Shown here: piece after piece, positions 45,930 through 56,089 of the stretch | Layout of the letters: each line of letters starts with the position of its first letter | How positions within the stretch are numbered: position 1 is the stretch's first letter | Assembly (NCBI GenBank): GCA_963776245.1 | Contig: CAVZLN010000003.1 | Location: 512,001-576,000, forward strand | Source: Candidatus Eiseniibacteriota bacterium | GTDB lineage: Bacteria > Eisenbacteria > RBG-16-71-46 | DNA: 64,000 bases | Direction: 5' to 3' | Translations under genes and position numbers: made by a program | Notes under the pieces: model-generated | The model's database searches: none | What the model saw: only the letters and a program-made list of their open reading frames with translations | Told to the model about the DNA's origin: nothing

Positions 45930-48094
45930 GCCGCCTCCTCCTTCTCGCGCGCCACCGGCCAGCGCAGGGTGACGCGGAAGCCCCCGCCGTCGCGGCGGCC
46001 CGCGCTCATGGTGGCGCCGGGACCGCCGAACCGCTTCACCCGCTGCTCGAGGTTCTGCAGTCCGACCCCCAGCCCGGGCAGACCGTTGCCCGCGCAATCG
46101 CCGTCGTCCTCGAAGCGCAGCGTCAGCCATCGCTCCTCGAGCGCCACTTCGAGCCGCAGGTGGAGCGCGGCCGCGCCCGGCCCGCAGCCGTGCTTGAGGC
46201 TGTTCTCGACCAGCGGCTGGAGGAGCAGCGGCGGCACCGCGGCGTTCAACAGCTCCGGCGGGCCCGCGTACTCGAACGACAGCGGGTTCTCGAAGCGCTC
46301 CCGTGCCACGCCGAGGAAGTCCTCGACGAACCCGATCTCCTCGGAGAGCAGCGCCGCCGGCCGCTCGCTCGCCTCGACCGTGTAACGCAGCATGTCGGCG
46401 AGCCGCTCGGTGAAGCGCTGCGCCGCGGGCGGATCGGTCTCGATCAGGTAGGAGAGCGCGTTGAGCGCGTTGAACAGGAAGTGCGGCCGCACCTGCGCGT
46501 GGAGCGCGCGCAGCTCGGCGCGCGCGGCGGCCTCGTGCAGTTCGGCGGCGGCCCGCTCCGCGGCGGCGCGCTGCGACTGCAACGCCAGGTTCTCGAGCCG
46601 CACCCCGGCCTGCGTCAGCAGGTTCTCGATCGCCTCCCGCGCGTCTCCCGGGACCTCTTCGTCCGTCGCCAGCCGGGGCGGCTCGCCCTCCGCCCACTCC
46701 AGCGCGACGCCGCGCATGAGGCCCCGGTTCAGGCCCTGTTCGACCGCGGAGCGCACCTCGCCGCGGTCGAGTGCCGAGAGCAGGGCGTGCCCGGCATGGT
46801 CGAGGGAGGCGCGCAGCACGCGCGGGTCGCGGCCATACACCCGGTCCAGCGCGAGCTGGACGCGCTCGCGGAGCGGCGCGAACGCGAACGCCACCACCAG
46901 CGCGGCGACCACGTTGAACACCATCGCCTGCTCGCCGGTGGCGGCCGCGAACAGGCGCTGTGCGATCAGCGCCGTGGCGAGGTAGAGCCCGGCGAGCACG
47001 CCCGAGAGCAGCGCGTACGGGATGCTGCGGACCAGCAGCCGGCGCGGGTCGAACAGCGGATCGTTGGCGATCAGGAAGGCCATGACGAGCGGGGAGAAGA
47101 ACCACGCCAGGTTGATGCCGGTGAGCAGCAGGCGGGTCGCCGGGATGCTCACCAGCATCTGCGCGCGGGGGTCCTGGAGGATCGCGTCCGCCAGCGCCGA
47201 GACGAACAGCGTCGCCGCCAGGGTCACCGCGAGCACGCGCTCGCCGTGGCCCGGGCGCCAGTCGTCGCCGGTCGGGAGCAGGTACCGCCCGGCGAGCGAG
47301 AGCACACCGAGCAGCATGGCCACGCCCTGGAACCAGGTGAACGAGTGCTCGAGCGCGCGCCCGCCCTCGGGGTGCTGGACGATGAGCGCGACCGGCACCA
47401 GGTACGCGACCACCACCAGCCAGAACCACGGGCTGACGAACCGCGTGGCGCGCGTCCAGCGGGGACGCGGGAACACGGTGAGGAAGTGCAGGAGCGCGGC
47501 GGGGAACCAGGTGGTAAGCCAGTCGTAGGCGATCAGGTAGACCTTCATCGCTCCGGTGGGCTCGAACTGGCGCGCGTGGAACAGGCCCCAGATGGCGGCC
47601 AGGCCCTGGAGCGCGGCGAACCACAGGAAGGTCCATGCCGCGCCGAGATCGGGACGGCGCCAGACCAGCAACAGCGCCACCAGCGGCGTGGCGATGACCG
47701 CGACCATGGGGAACGTGGTGAGACGGATGCGCTGCCAGCTGCCGAGGTGCACCGGCGGCACGCGCACGAAGCGGGCGACCCCGCCGCGCTCGATCTCGAG
47801 CGTGAAGGTGCCGCGTGGCCAGCCCTTGCCCTTGATCACCGCCTCGCGCATCTCCTTGATGCCGACGAAGCGCTGCCCCTCCCACCCGACGATGACGTCG
47901 CCCCGCTGGAGCAGGCCGAGCGCGGGGGGGCCGATGACGCGCGCCACCACGGGGTGCGTGCCGCGCGCCCAGTCGAGCTCGAGCCCGAGCCGCTGGTAGG
48001 GCGTGTGGGTGAGGAAGCGGGGCACGCCGAACCCGACGGCGGCGAGCACCACGAGCAGCGCGAGCGCGCGGCGGGCGCGGTAGGAGGGTCGCAC
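45926..48094 (-). CDS. LytS-type sensor histidine kinase with N-terminal PDZ-like domain and multiple TMs; start uncertain
   Basis: RLGLEL..GLLQRGDVIVGWEG PDZ-like segment; LHAQVRPHFLFNALN, LQPLVENSLKHG, GVGLQNL. Confidence 0.85.
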   Translation of the reverse strand: MRPSYRARRALALLVVLAAVGFGVPRFLTHTPYQRLGLELDWARGTHPVVARVIGPPALGLLQRGDVIVGWEGQRFVGIKEMREAVIKGKGWPRGTFTLEIERGGVARFVRVPPVHLGSWQRIRLTTFPMVAVIATPLVALLLVWRRPDLGAAWTFLWFAALQGLAAIWGLFHARQFEPTGAMKVYLIAYDWLTTWFPAALLHFLTVFPRPRWTRATRFVSPWFWLVVVAYLVPVALIVQHPEGGRALEHSFTWFQGVAMLLGVLSLAGRYLLPTGDDWRPGHGERVLAVTLAATLFVSALADAILQDPRAQMLVSIPATRLLLTGINLAWFFSPLVMAFLIANDPLFDPRRLLVRSIPYALLSGVLAGLYLATALIAQRLFAAATGEQAMVFNVVAALVVAFAFAPLRERVQLALDRVYGRDPRVLRASLDHAGHALLSALDRGEVRSAVEQGLNRGLMRGVALEWAEGEPPRLATDEEVPGDAREAIENLLTQAGVRLENLALQSQRAAAERAAAELHEAAARAELRALHAQVRPHFLFNALNALSYLIETDPPAAQRFTERLADMLRYTVEASERPAALLSEEIGFVEDFLGVARERFENPLSFEYAGPPELLNAAVPPLLLQPLVENSLKHGCGPGAAALHLRLEVALEERWLTLRFEDDGDCAGNGLPGLGVGLQNLEQRVKRFGGPGATMSAGRRDGGGFRVTLRWPVAREKEEAA

Positions 48095-48511
48095 CTCGGG
48101 ACTGTCCCACACCCCCGGAACGCGCTCAACGAGCGGGGAGCGCGATGTCGAGGTCGGGAGGTCCACGGGAGGCTCGGTCGGCGAGGGGAGATCACGGGGT
48201 GTGCCCACCGAGTATCGCGCGGCGCCGCGCGGCGGTGCGGCACCGCCGCGACGAGCGCGGCAGATGCTCGACACCAGCGCGGGGCGGGGCGCGCCCGCGT
48301 GGCGGCGACGGCCCGCAGCCCGCGCGCTCGCGGCCCGCGGCCCTGCACCGTCTCGGGAAATCGTCGGTCCCGAGTTTGCAGTAGGTCCTGCGCGAGACAG
48401 CGGCTATACTCCCCCGCTGCTTCGCTGGCCCGGGTGGCGTGGACCCCGGCCACGCCCGGATCCCCGCCGCGCCCGCCCGTGCGGTGCGCCGCTCTTCCAT
48501 GGAGGCACGAC

Positions 48512-49915
48512 TTGAAGGTTCTCAGAGGCGCGGTGCTGGTGATGCTCGCGCTGGCGACCGCCGCGGCGGCGCAGACGTCCGGCACGGCGTCGCGCGCGGT
48601 GAAGGACACCGCGGAGCCCTCCGCGTCCGGCAGGACCCTCGACCGCGTCGCGGCGGTGGTGAACGACGAGGTGGTGCTCGAGAGCGAGGTCTGGGAACAG
48701 CTCCAGAGCGTGATCGCCGGCGCGCAGACCCGCCCGGACTCGACCCAGCTCGACACCCTGCACCGGCAGGCGCTCGATCTGCTCATCAATCGGAAGCTGG
48801 TGTACGCCGAGGCGAAGAAGGCCGGCGTGACCGTGCCGGACGCCGAGCTCGACCGGTTGGTGGACCAGGAGATCGAGCGCAAGCGCCAGCAGATGGGCGG
48901 CGAACAGGGATTCAACGACGCGCTGAGGAACGAGAACCTCACGCTCGCCCGGGTCCGCGAGCAGTATCGCGACCAGATCCGCATCGACGAGAGCACCACG
49001 CGCTACGTCGACCGGCAGGTGCCGCGCGCCCGGGTGACCCAGACCGAGGCGGAGGCGTTCTTCACCGCGCACCCCGACCGCTTCCCGAAGAAGGCGCCCG
49101 AGTTCCGGCTGGCGCTCGTCCAGTTGCCGGTGATGGCGGACTCCGCCGCCGAGGCGGCCGGGCGCATCGCCGCGCTGGCGGCACGCAAGCGCATCGTGGG
49201 AGGAGAGAAGTTCGCCAAGGTGGCGGCCGAGGTCTCGGAGGATCCGGGCACCGCGCACGCGGGCGGCGATCTCGGCTTCTTCACCCGCGGCACCACCGTG
49301 CCGGAGTTCGAGAAGGTCGCGTTCTCGCAGCGGATCGGCGTCGTGAGCGAGCCGGTGCGCACCGGCTTCGGCTGGCACCTCATCGAGGTGCTCGAGCGCG
49401 ACACCCTCAAGACCCGGGCGCACCGCGACAGCCTCGACGCGCAGGGCAAGCCGCTCGAGGAGGCGCACGTGCGTCATCTGCTCATCCGCGTCGATCCCAC
49501 CCAGCAGGACGCCGATCGCGCGGAGGCGCTCGCGACGAGCCTCCGCGATCGCGCCGTGCGCGGCGAGGACTTCGGCGCGCTCGCCCGGAAGTACAGCCGC
49601 TTCAGCGGGCCGCAGAGCGAGGGCGGCGAGATCGGCTGGGTGTCGCTCGAGACCCTCTCCCCCAACATCCGTGCCGCGCTCGAGCCGCTGAAGCCGGGCG
49701 ATGTCAGCGAGCCGGTGGCGAGCCCGGCCCAGCCCGCCGGCGTGCTGTTCAACCTGTTCAAGGTCCTCGAGCAGCGGCCCGAGCGCGAATTCACGCTCGA
49801 GGAGGTGCGCGAGCAGATCGTCGACGTGGTGGGCCGCATGAAGTACAACGACAAGATCGACGAGTGGCTCAAGGGGCTGCGGGCCAAGGCGACGGTCGAG
49901 ATCAAGCGGCCCTGA
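48512..49915 (+). CDS. surA: SurA-like chaperone with two parvulin domains
   Basis: TTG after GGAGG; LDRVAAVVNDEVVLES, FAKVAAEVSED..GGDLGF, FGWHLI, HLLI, GGEIGW. Confidence 0.87.
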   Translation: MKVLRGAVLVMLALATAAAAQTSGTASRAVKDTAEPSASGRTLDRVAAVVNDEVVLESEVWEQLQSVIAGAQTRPDSTQLDTLHRQALDLLINRKLVYAEAKKAGVTVPDAELDRLVDQEIERKRQQMGGEQGFNDALRNENLTLARVREQYRDQIRIDESTTRYVDRQVPRARVTQTEAEAFFTAHPDRFPKKAPEFRLALVQLPVMADSAAEAAGRIAALAARKRIVGGEKFAKVAAEVSEDPGTAHAGGDLGFFTRGTTVPEFEKVAFSQRIGVVSEPVRTGFGWHLIEVLERDTLKTRAHRDSLDAQGKPLEEAHVRHLLIRVDPTQQDADRAEALATSLRDRAVRGEDFGALARKYSRFSGPQSEGGEIGWVSLETLSPNIRAALEPLKPGDVSEPVASPAQPAGVLFNLFKVLEQRPEREFTLEEVREQIVDVVGRMKYNDKIDEWLKGLRAKATVEIKRP

Positions 49916-50008
49916 GGGGACGCGTCGCGCCGCCCACGGGGCCGCTCCTCCGGGAGCGGCCCCGTTCGCATTGAGACGCGCGGCGGCAGTCTGATAGGTT
50001 GCGGTCCG

Positions 50009-50728
50009 ATGATCACTTTCGAGCAGGTCTCCCGGCGCTTCGGCGAGCGCCTCGCCCTCGACGGCCTGTCGTGGACCATGCGCGAGGGCGAGTGCGTCGT
50101 CTTCCAGGGCCCGAGCGGCTCGGGCAAGACCACGCTGCTGAGGCTGATCACGCACGAGCTGACGCCCACCGCCGGCCGCGTCACCGTCGGCACGTTCTCC
50201 GGCGGCCCGCTCGCGCGGACCCAGCGCGCGCTCCTGCGCCGCACCCTCGGCATCGTCTACGAGGACTTCCGGCTGCTGAACGACCGCACGGTGTTCGAGA
50301 ACGTCGCGCTCGCGGTGCGCATCACCGGGCGCTCGAGCGACGACGAGGTGATCTCCCGGGTGCTCTACGCCCTCGAGGAGGTCGGCCTGCAGAACCGCCA
50401 GACGCAGTACCCGCACGAGCTGTCGGCCGGCGAGAAGCAGCGCGCCGCCATCGCCCGCGCGATCGTGAACCACCCCGCCGTGCTGCTCGCCGACGAGCCC
50501 ACCGGCGCGCTCGAGAAACACAGCGCGGACGAGGTGCTCGGCCTGCTCCGCCGCGTCCACCAGGAAGGGGCCGCGGTGCTGCTGGTGACCACGCGCCAGG
50601 ACGTCGCCGACCGCCTGCCCGGCCGCCTCCTGCGCCTCGAGGAGGGCCGCCTGATCGGCGGCGACGCCGACGCGGCGAGCGCGCCCCCTTCCGCCACCCC
50701 GGCGGCGGCGCCCGCCACGGAGGCCTGA
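50009..50728 (+). CDS. ftsE: Cell division ABC ATPase FtsE (degenerate motifs)
   Basis: GPSGSGKT, DFRLL.DRTVFENVA, LSAGEKQR, LADEPTG; precedes ftsX. Confidence 0.85.
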   Translation: MITFEQVSRRFGERLALDGLSWTMREGECVVFQGPSGSGKTTLLRLITHELTPTAGRVTVGTFSGGPLARTQRALLRRTLGIVYEDFRLLNDRTVFENVALAVRITGRSSDDEVISRVLYALEEVGLQNRQTQYPHELSAGEKQRAAIARAIVNHPAVLLADEPTGALEKHSADEVLGLLRRVHQEGAAVLLVTTRQDVADRLPGRLLRLEEGRLIGGDADAASAPPSATPAAAPATEA

Positions 50729-50730
50729 GC

Positions 50731-51588
50731 ATGCTGCTCTACCAGTGGCGCGAGGCCTGGCGCTCGTTCACCCACCATCGCGGGCTGGCCACCACCGCCG
50801 TCCTCGCGCTCGGGGCCGCGCTCACGCTGGCCGGGATGTTCCTGCTGGTGTCGTGGAACGCCGAGGTCGCGCTGCGCCTGATCGGGGACCGCCGCGAGAT
50901 GGTGGTCTACCTGCGCGACGACGTCGAGGTGGCCGCGCGCGACGCGCTGGTCGAGCGGCTCAAGCAGTTGTTCGGCACGGTCAGCGTCGTGACCAAGGAA
51001 CAGGCGTGGGACGACCTGGTGCAGCAGATCGGCGACCGCGAGCTGCTCGAGTCGGTGGACGAGAACCCGCTGCCCGCGTCGCTGCGCGTGCACCTCCGGC
51101 CGCAGCTGCTGAACGCCCCGGCCATGGAGGAGGCGGCGCGCCAGGTGAAGGCGTTCCCCGAGGTCGAGGACGTGCGTTACGGAGCCGAATGGGTGCGCCA
51201 GCTCGATCACCTCTCGGCGGCGCTCCATCGCGGCTCGGTCGCGGTCGGCAGCGTCGTGGCGCTGGCCTTCGTGTTCGTGCTCTACAACATCGTGCGCCTC
51301 ACCGTGCTCACCCGGCGCCGCGACCTCCAGATCATGCTGCGCCTCGGCGCCAGCGACCGTTTCATCGCCGCGCCGTTCCTGATCGAGGCCGTCTGGGTGG
51401 CGCTCATCGCGTCGGCGCTCGCGCTCGCCGCGCTGTTCGCGCTCCAGCGCGCGGTGGCGGTCCAGATCGCCGGGGTGGCGTTCCTGCCGTGGACGTGGGC
51501 CCTCGGCTTCGTCGGCGCGACCGTGCTGCTGGCATGGGCCACCGCCGCGCTCGCACTCTCGAGGGTCCTGCGAGCGGTCGGACCATGA
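50731..51588 (+). CDS. ftsX: Cell division permease FtsX
   Basis: VVYLRDD, ENPLPAS, DVRYG, IMLRLGASDRFIAAPFLIE. Confidence 0.9.
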   Translation: MLLYQWREAWRSFTHHRGLATTAVLALGAALTLAGMFLLVSWNAEVALRLIGDRREMVVYLRDDVEVAARDALVERLKQLFGTVSVVTKEQAWDDLVQQIGDRELLESVDENPLPASLRVHLRPQLLNAPAMEEAARQVKAFPEVEDVRYGAEWVRQLDHLSAALHRGSVAVGSVVALAFVFVLYNIVRLTVLTRRRDLQIMLRLGASDRFIAAPFLIEAVWVALIASALALAALFALQRAVAVQIAGVAFLPWTWALGFVGATVLLAWATAALALSRVLRAVGP

Positions 51589-52838
51589 CCCCGCGGGCGC
51601 TGGCGCTCGCGGTCACGCTCACCGTGGCCGCGCTGGCCTCCGCGCCGTGGCACGCGGTGCCGCTCGCGAGGGCCCAGGCGCCCGAGGACTCCGCCGCCGC
51701 CGCGCGCCGCCTCGAGGAGGAGCGCCGGCTCGAGCAGCAGAAGCGCACCGAGCTCGACGCCATCCAGCGCCAGGCCCGCGAGAAGCGCGAGGCGGCCACG
51801 CGCCTGCGGGGCCAGGAGCGCTCGGCGGTCACCCAGCTGCGCCGCACCGAGAAGGACCTGACCGGCACGCGCAAGCGCCTGCGCACGCTCCATCAGCACC
51901 GGCAGAAGCTCGACCTGCAGCTCGAGGTGACGCAGGTCGACCTGCGCCGCAGCATCCTCACGCTCGAGCAGCAGCGCACCCGGCTCGCGAAGCGCCTGCG
52001 CTCCCTCTACAAGTACGGGGCCGGCCGCGAGCTGGAGTTCCTGCTCTCGACGCGCTCGTTCGGACAGCTGCTCGCGCGCTGGGACTACGTGGTCATGGTG
52101 GCCGAGCAGGACCGCCTGATGCTCGAGGAGTTCCGCGGCCAGAAGCAGGAGGTCGAGACCCACAAGGCCGCGCTCGAGAGCCACCTGCAGGATGTCGAGC
52201 GCACCGCCCAGAAGACCGCGCGGGAGAACGCGCGGCTCGCGCAGCTGCGCCAGCAGCGCGCGCAGACCGTGAGCCAGATCCAGTCGCAGCGCGAGGCCTA
52301 CGAGGCGGCGGCCGCGGAGCTCGAGCGCACCGCCAAGTCCATCCAGCGCCTGCTCGCCGCGCTCGAACGCAAGCGCAAGGAGGAGGCCGACCGCGCGCGC
52401 GCTTCGGGCCGGCCGGCCGAGCCCTACACCGGGGACTTCGCGCGCGGACGCGGCGCGCTCGACTGGCCGGTGAGCGGCGCCGTCATCGGGCGCTTCGGTC
52501 AGGAGAAGCACCCCAAGTACGACGTGTACACCGTCAACAATGGCATCGACATCGAGGTTCCCGTCGGCACCGCGGTGCGCGCGGTCGCCAAGGGGCGCGT
52601 GGACTTCGTGAGCGACGAGTACGGTTCGATGGGCGGGATGGTGGTCCTCAATCACGGGGACGGGTACTTCACGATCTACGGGCACCTCTCGGAGATCGGC
52701 CTCGCGGTCGGGCGCGAGGTCGCGGCCGGCGCGATCATCGGCCGCTCGGGCGAGATCGGCTCGCTCAAGGGCCCGAGCCTCCACTTCGAAGTGCGCAAGG
52801 GCATCACCTCGCTCGACCCCGAGGACTGGCTCCGGTAG
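51585..52838 (+). CDS. envC: EnvC-like coiled-coil plus degenerate M23/LytM protein
   Basis: Signal peptide, long coiled coil, LDWPVSG, NNGIDI and PSLHFE (M23 histidines replaced). Confidence 0.85.
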   Translation: MTPRALALAVTLTVAALASAPWHAVPLARAQAPEDSAAAARRLEEERRLEQQKRTELDAIQRQAREKREAATRLRGQERSAVTQLRRTEKDLTGTRKRLRTLHQHRQKLDLQLEVTQVDLRRSILTLEQQRTRLAKRLRSLYKYGAGRELEFLLSTRSFGQLLARWDYVVMVAEQDRLMLEEFRGQKQEVETHKAALESHLQDVERTAQKTARENARLAQLRQQRAQTVSQIQSQREAYEAAAAELERTAKSIQRLLAALERKRKEEADRARASGRPAEPYTGDFARGRGALDWPVSGAVIGRFGQEKHPKYDVYTVNNGIDIEVPVGTAVRAVAKGRVDFVSDEYGSMGGMVVLNHGDGYFTIYGHLSEIGLAVGREVAAGAIIGRSGEIGSLKGPSLHFEVRKGITSLDPEDWLR

Positions 52839-52870
52839 CTCCGCGGCGGGGCATGCTATCCTCGCGCGTC

Positions 52871-54079
52871 ATGCTGAACGCCCGTCTCTCTGATGTGCTC
52901 GGCCAGCCCGACGTCACCGCGTTCCTCCAGCACGTGGTGGCGGGCGGACGCCCCGGCAACGCCTACCTCTTCCACGGCCCGGCCGGCGTGGGCAAGGGCA
53001 CCGCCGCGCTGGCGTTCGCGCGCGCCCTGATGTGCGAGCATGGGGTGGCGCCGGCGCCCGCGGCGCCCGGCCTGTTCGACGCGGCGCCCGCGACCGCCGC
53101 TCCCGCGCCGGCGGACGACGCCTGCGGCGTGTGCTCGGCGTGCCTGAAGACCGGCGCGCTCCAGCATCCCGACCTCAAGCTCCTGTTCCCGGTCTCAGGC
53201 GAGGAGCGCGAGCTCGAGAAGACCATCGCCGAGATCCTCCAGAAGATGCGCGACGACCCCTTCTACGTCTTCTCGTACGACCGGGCCGCCTCGATCCGCA
53301 TGTCCATGACCCGGGACCTGCTGCGCGAGATGGGCTACAAGCCCTTCGAGTGCGCGCGCCGCGTGGTGGTGGTGCGCGACGCCGACCGCATGCGCGAGGA
53401 CCAGTACTCGGCGATGCTCAAGGCCATCGAGGAGCCGGGCGCCTCGACGGTATGGATCCTCACCACCGGACGGCTGGCGCGCCTGCCCGCCACCATCCGC
53501 TCGCGCTGCCAGCGCGTGCGCTTCGCGCCGTTGCCCGAGGCGCAGGTGCGGGGGTTCCTCGAGCGGCGCGCCGGGGTCGATCCGCCGGACGCGCGCATGT
53601 TCGCCGCGCTCGCGGGCGGGTCGCTGGCGCGCGCGCTGGCGCTGCGCGGCGAGGAGAACCCGCGCGAGCTGCGCGACCAGGCGCTCCAGCTGCTCGAGCC
53701 GGCGCTCGGGCAGGACCCCGCGGCGCTGTGGAAGTCCGCGCAGTCCCTCGGGCGCTACGGCAAGTCCGGGCGCGAGGCCCTGCGCCGCATGGCGGAGTTC
53801 CACATGCTGTGGCTGCGCGACCTGCTGCGCGCGCGCTACGACGTCCCGCGCGAGGGGCTGGTGAACCGCGACCGCGAGCCCCAGATCCGCGCCGCGGCCG
53901 CGCGCGTCGACGCCACGGAGATCCGGCGGCGGCTGATGGTGCTCGAGGAGATGCTCCGCGCCATCGAGGGCAACGTGACGCCGGAGCTGGCGCTGTTCTC
54001 CGGCCTCTGGCGCGTCGCGGGCAACCGCGTCGGGGAGGGCGAATGGCCGCGCCACTCGACCGCACGCTGGCGCTACTGA
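52871..54079 (+). CDS. holB: DNA polymerase III delta-prime subunit
   Basis: AYLFHGPAGVGK, CGVCSAC, HPDL, LKAIEEP, TIRSRC. Confidence 0.9.
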   Translation: MLNARLSDVLGQPDVTAFLQHVVAGGRPGNAYLFHGPAGVGKGTAALAFARALMCEHGVAPAPAAPGLFDAAPATAAPAPADDACGVCSACLKTGALQHPDLKLLFPVSGEERELEKTIAEILQKMRDDPFYVFSYDRAASIRMSMTRDLLREMGYKPFECARRVVVVRDADRMREDQYSAMLKAIEEPGASTVWILTTGRLARLPATIRSRCQRVRFAPLPEAQVRGFLERRAGVDPPDARMFAALAGGSLARALALRGEENPRELRDQALQLLEPALGQDPAALWKSAQSLGRYGKSGREALRRMAEFHMLWLRDLLRARYDVPREGLVNRDREPQIRAAAARVDATEIRRRLMVLEEMLRAIEGNVTPELALFSGLWRVAGNRVGEGEWPRHSTARWRY

Positions 54080-54155
54080 TCCGCGCGCAGCGCCCGGGCC
54101 CGGCGCCCGCCGGACGCTCCTCCCCGGACCGCGGGGTCGCGGGTCGCGGGAGTCC

Positions 54156-54184
54156 GTGAAACCCGCCCCGGGCTGCGCTATGCT
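54156..54184 (+). promoter_or_regulatory. Putative sigma-70 promoter
   Basis: GTGAAA-N17-TATGCT, 150 bp upstream of ricT. Confidence 0.3.
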
Positions 54185-54334
54185 GCCCGCCAGACGACCC
54201 GCCGCGACGCGGCGGGCTGCAGCCGATAGCCGAGCGCGGCACGTGCGTCGCCGCCCGGAACACCCGACGACCTGATCCGCCGGCCCCCCGAGGCCGGCTC
54301 GAGGAGCGGGCCGCACCGCTCCATAGAGGTTGCG

Positions 54335-55249
54335 ATGTCCGACATCATCCAGATCTCCCTGCGCGGCGCGCGCCGGGAGTTCTTCCTGAACTCCCGCCAT
54401 CTGTGGCTCGGGCTGCGTGACGCGGTCATCGTCCAGGGCGAGCACGGCGAGATGTCCGGTACCGTGTCGCTCAAGGACCCCGCGCTGGTCGCCCTCCACA
54501 AGCCCGGCAACGTGACGCGCGAGATCATCCGCAAGGCGACCGAGGAGGACCTCGACGCCATCGACCGCCGCCGCGCGCGCGAGGGCGAGGCCTTCGAGTA
54601 CTGCCGGCAGCGCATCGAGGTCCGGGAACTCAAGATGGAGCTGGTCGAGGTCGAGGACGCCTTCGGCGGGCACCGCATCACGTTCTACTTCACCGCCGAA
54701 CACCGCGTGGACTTCCGCGAACTGGTGCGCGATCTCGCGGCCCGCTTCCAGTGCCGCATCGAACTGCGACAGATCGGGGTGCGCGACTCCGCCAAGCGCA
54801 TGGACGGCTGCGGCCCCTGCGGGCGGGCGTTCTGTTGTTCGTCGTGGCTGAAGGACTTCCACCCCGTGACGCTCAAGATGGCGCGCGAGCAGCAGCTCTC
54901 GCTCAACCCCACCAAGATCTCGGGAGCGTGCGGGCGCCTGATGTGCTGCCTCTCCTACGAACTCGCGCAGTACCGCGAGAGCGCGGCGCGCCTGCCCGCG
55001 GTGGGCACCGAGCTGCGCACCGGGCAGGGCGTGATGCGGGTGATCCGCACCGAGTCCTACCAGGAGGCGGTGTGGGTGCGGGACAACGAGGGCGGCGAGC
55101 ACCGCATCGCCTACGCCGACCTGCCGCCAGGGCCGTATCGCAAGTGCGGCGACTGCGGCTGCGGCAAGCAGGGCGGTGGCAAGAAGACGGATGGCGACGC
55201 GCCCGACGCGCCCGCTGCGGGCGATGGGGCGACGCCGCCTGAATCGTGA
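54335..55249 (+). CDS. ricT: PSP1-domain / RicT (YaaT) family protein
   Basis: FYFTAEHRVDFRELVRDLA, RIELRQIGVRD, CGRAFCC, KISGACGRLMCCL.YE. Confidence 0.92.
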   Translation: MSDIIQISLRGARREFFLNSRHLWLGLRDAVIVQGEHGEMSGTVSLKDPALVALHKPGNVTREIIRKATEEDLDAIDRRRAREGEAFEYCRQRIEVRELKMELVEVEDAFGGHRITFYFTAEHRVDFRELVRDLAARFQCRIELRQIGVRDSAKRMDGCGPCGRAFCCSSWLKDFHPVTLKMAREQQLSLNPTKISGACGRLMCCLSYELAQYRESAARLPAVGTELRTGQGVMRVIRTESYQEAVWVRDNEGGEHRIAYADLPPGPYRKCGDCGCGKQGGGKKTDGDAPDAPAAGDGATPPES

Positions 55250-55317
55250 CCGGCCGCGCAACCCGCGACGATCCGCCTCGCGACGGACCGCCGCGCATCC
55301 CACCCGGAGGTCCATCC

Positions 55318-56088
55318 ATGAACAACAGTCGCCGCAGGTTCATCCAGACGCTCGGCGCCGCGGGCGCCGCCGTCGCCGCGCAGGGCCTGGTCGCGCCCCT
55401 CTCCGGGGCCCTGGCGCCGGCCGGCGCGCAGGCGGGAGCACCGGCGGCGCCCGCCGCGCCAGCGCCGAGCGGGCCCTTCACGCTGCCCCCGCTCCCCTAC
55501 GCGCATGACGCGCTCGAGCCGCTGCTCGACGCGGCCACGATGGCGCTCCATCACGACAAGCACCACGCCGCGTACGTGAACAACCTCAACAAGGCGGTGG
55601 CCGGCAGGCCCGATCTCGCGGCGACGCGTCTCGAGGACCTGGTGCGCGGCTGGCGGGCGCTCCCGACCGAGGTCCAGGCGGCGGTGCGCAATCACGGCGG
55701 CGGGCACTTCAATCACTCCCTGCTGTGGCCGAGCCTCGCGCGGGACGGCGCGAAGGCCCCCGCCGGCGAACTGGCGGGCGCGGTGGACAAGGCCTTCGGA
55801 TCGTTCGGCGAGCTCCAGCGGAAGCTCGACGCCGCGGCGATGTCGGTGTTCGGCAGCGGGTGGGCATGGCTGGCGTGGAGCCGGAACGGCGGACTCGAGG
55901 TGCTCACCACGCCCAACCAGGACTGCCCGCTCACCGACGCGAAGAGCCCGCTGCTCGGCATCGACGTGTGGGAACACGCCTACTACCTCAAGTTCCAGAA
56001 CCGCCGGGCGGAGTACCTGGCCGCGTTCGCGCAGGTGGTGGACTGGAGCGTGGTGTCGGACCGCTATCGCGACGCGCGAAAGTCGTGA
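55318..56088 (+). CDS. Fe/Mn superoxide dismutase (Mn-type signature) with Tat signal
   Basis: SRRRFIQ twin-arginine leader; LPPLPY, HHDKHH, NHGGGHFNH, TPNQD, DVWEHAYY. Confidence 0.93.
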   Translation: MNNSRRRFIQTLGAAGAAVAAQGLVAPLSGALAPAGAQAGAPAAPAAPAPSGPFTLPPLPYAHDALEPLLDAATMALHHDKHHAAYVNNLNKAVAGRPDLAATRLEDLVRGWRALPTEVQAAVRNHGGGHFNHSLLWPSLARDGAKAPAGELAGAVDKAFGSFGELQRKLDAAAMSVFGSGWAWLAWSRNGGLEVLTTPNQDCPLTDAKSPLLGIDVWEHAYYLKFQNRRAEYLAAFAQVVDWSVVSDRYRDARKS

Positions 56089-56089
56089 G

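Noticed and set aside
48200..48480. Short GC hairpins in the kinase-surA intergenic region
   Set aside because: Expected by chance at this GC content; no recognisable ncRNA motif
45878..48511. Apparent 1345-aa SurA
   Set aside because: The upstream part is antisense to the LytS kinase; the real start is TTG 48512 after GGAGG
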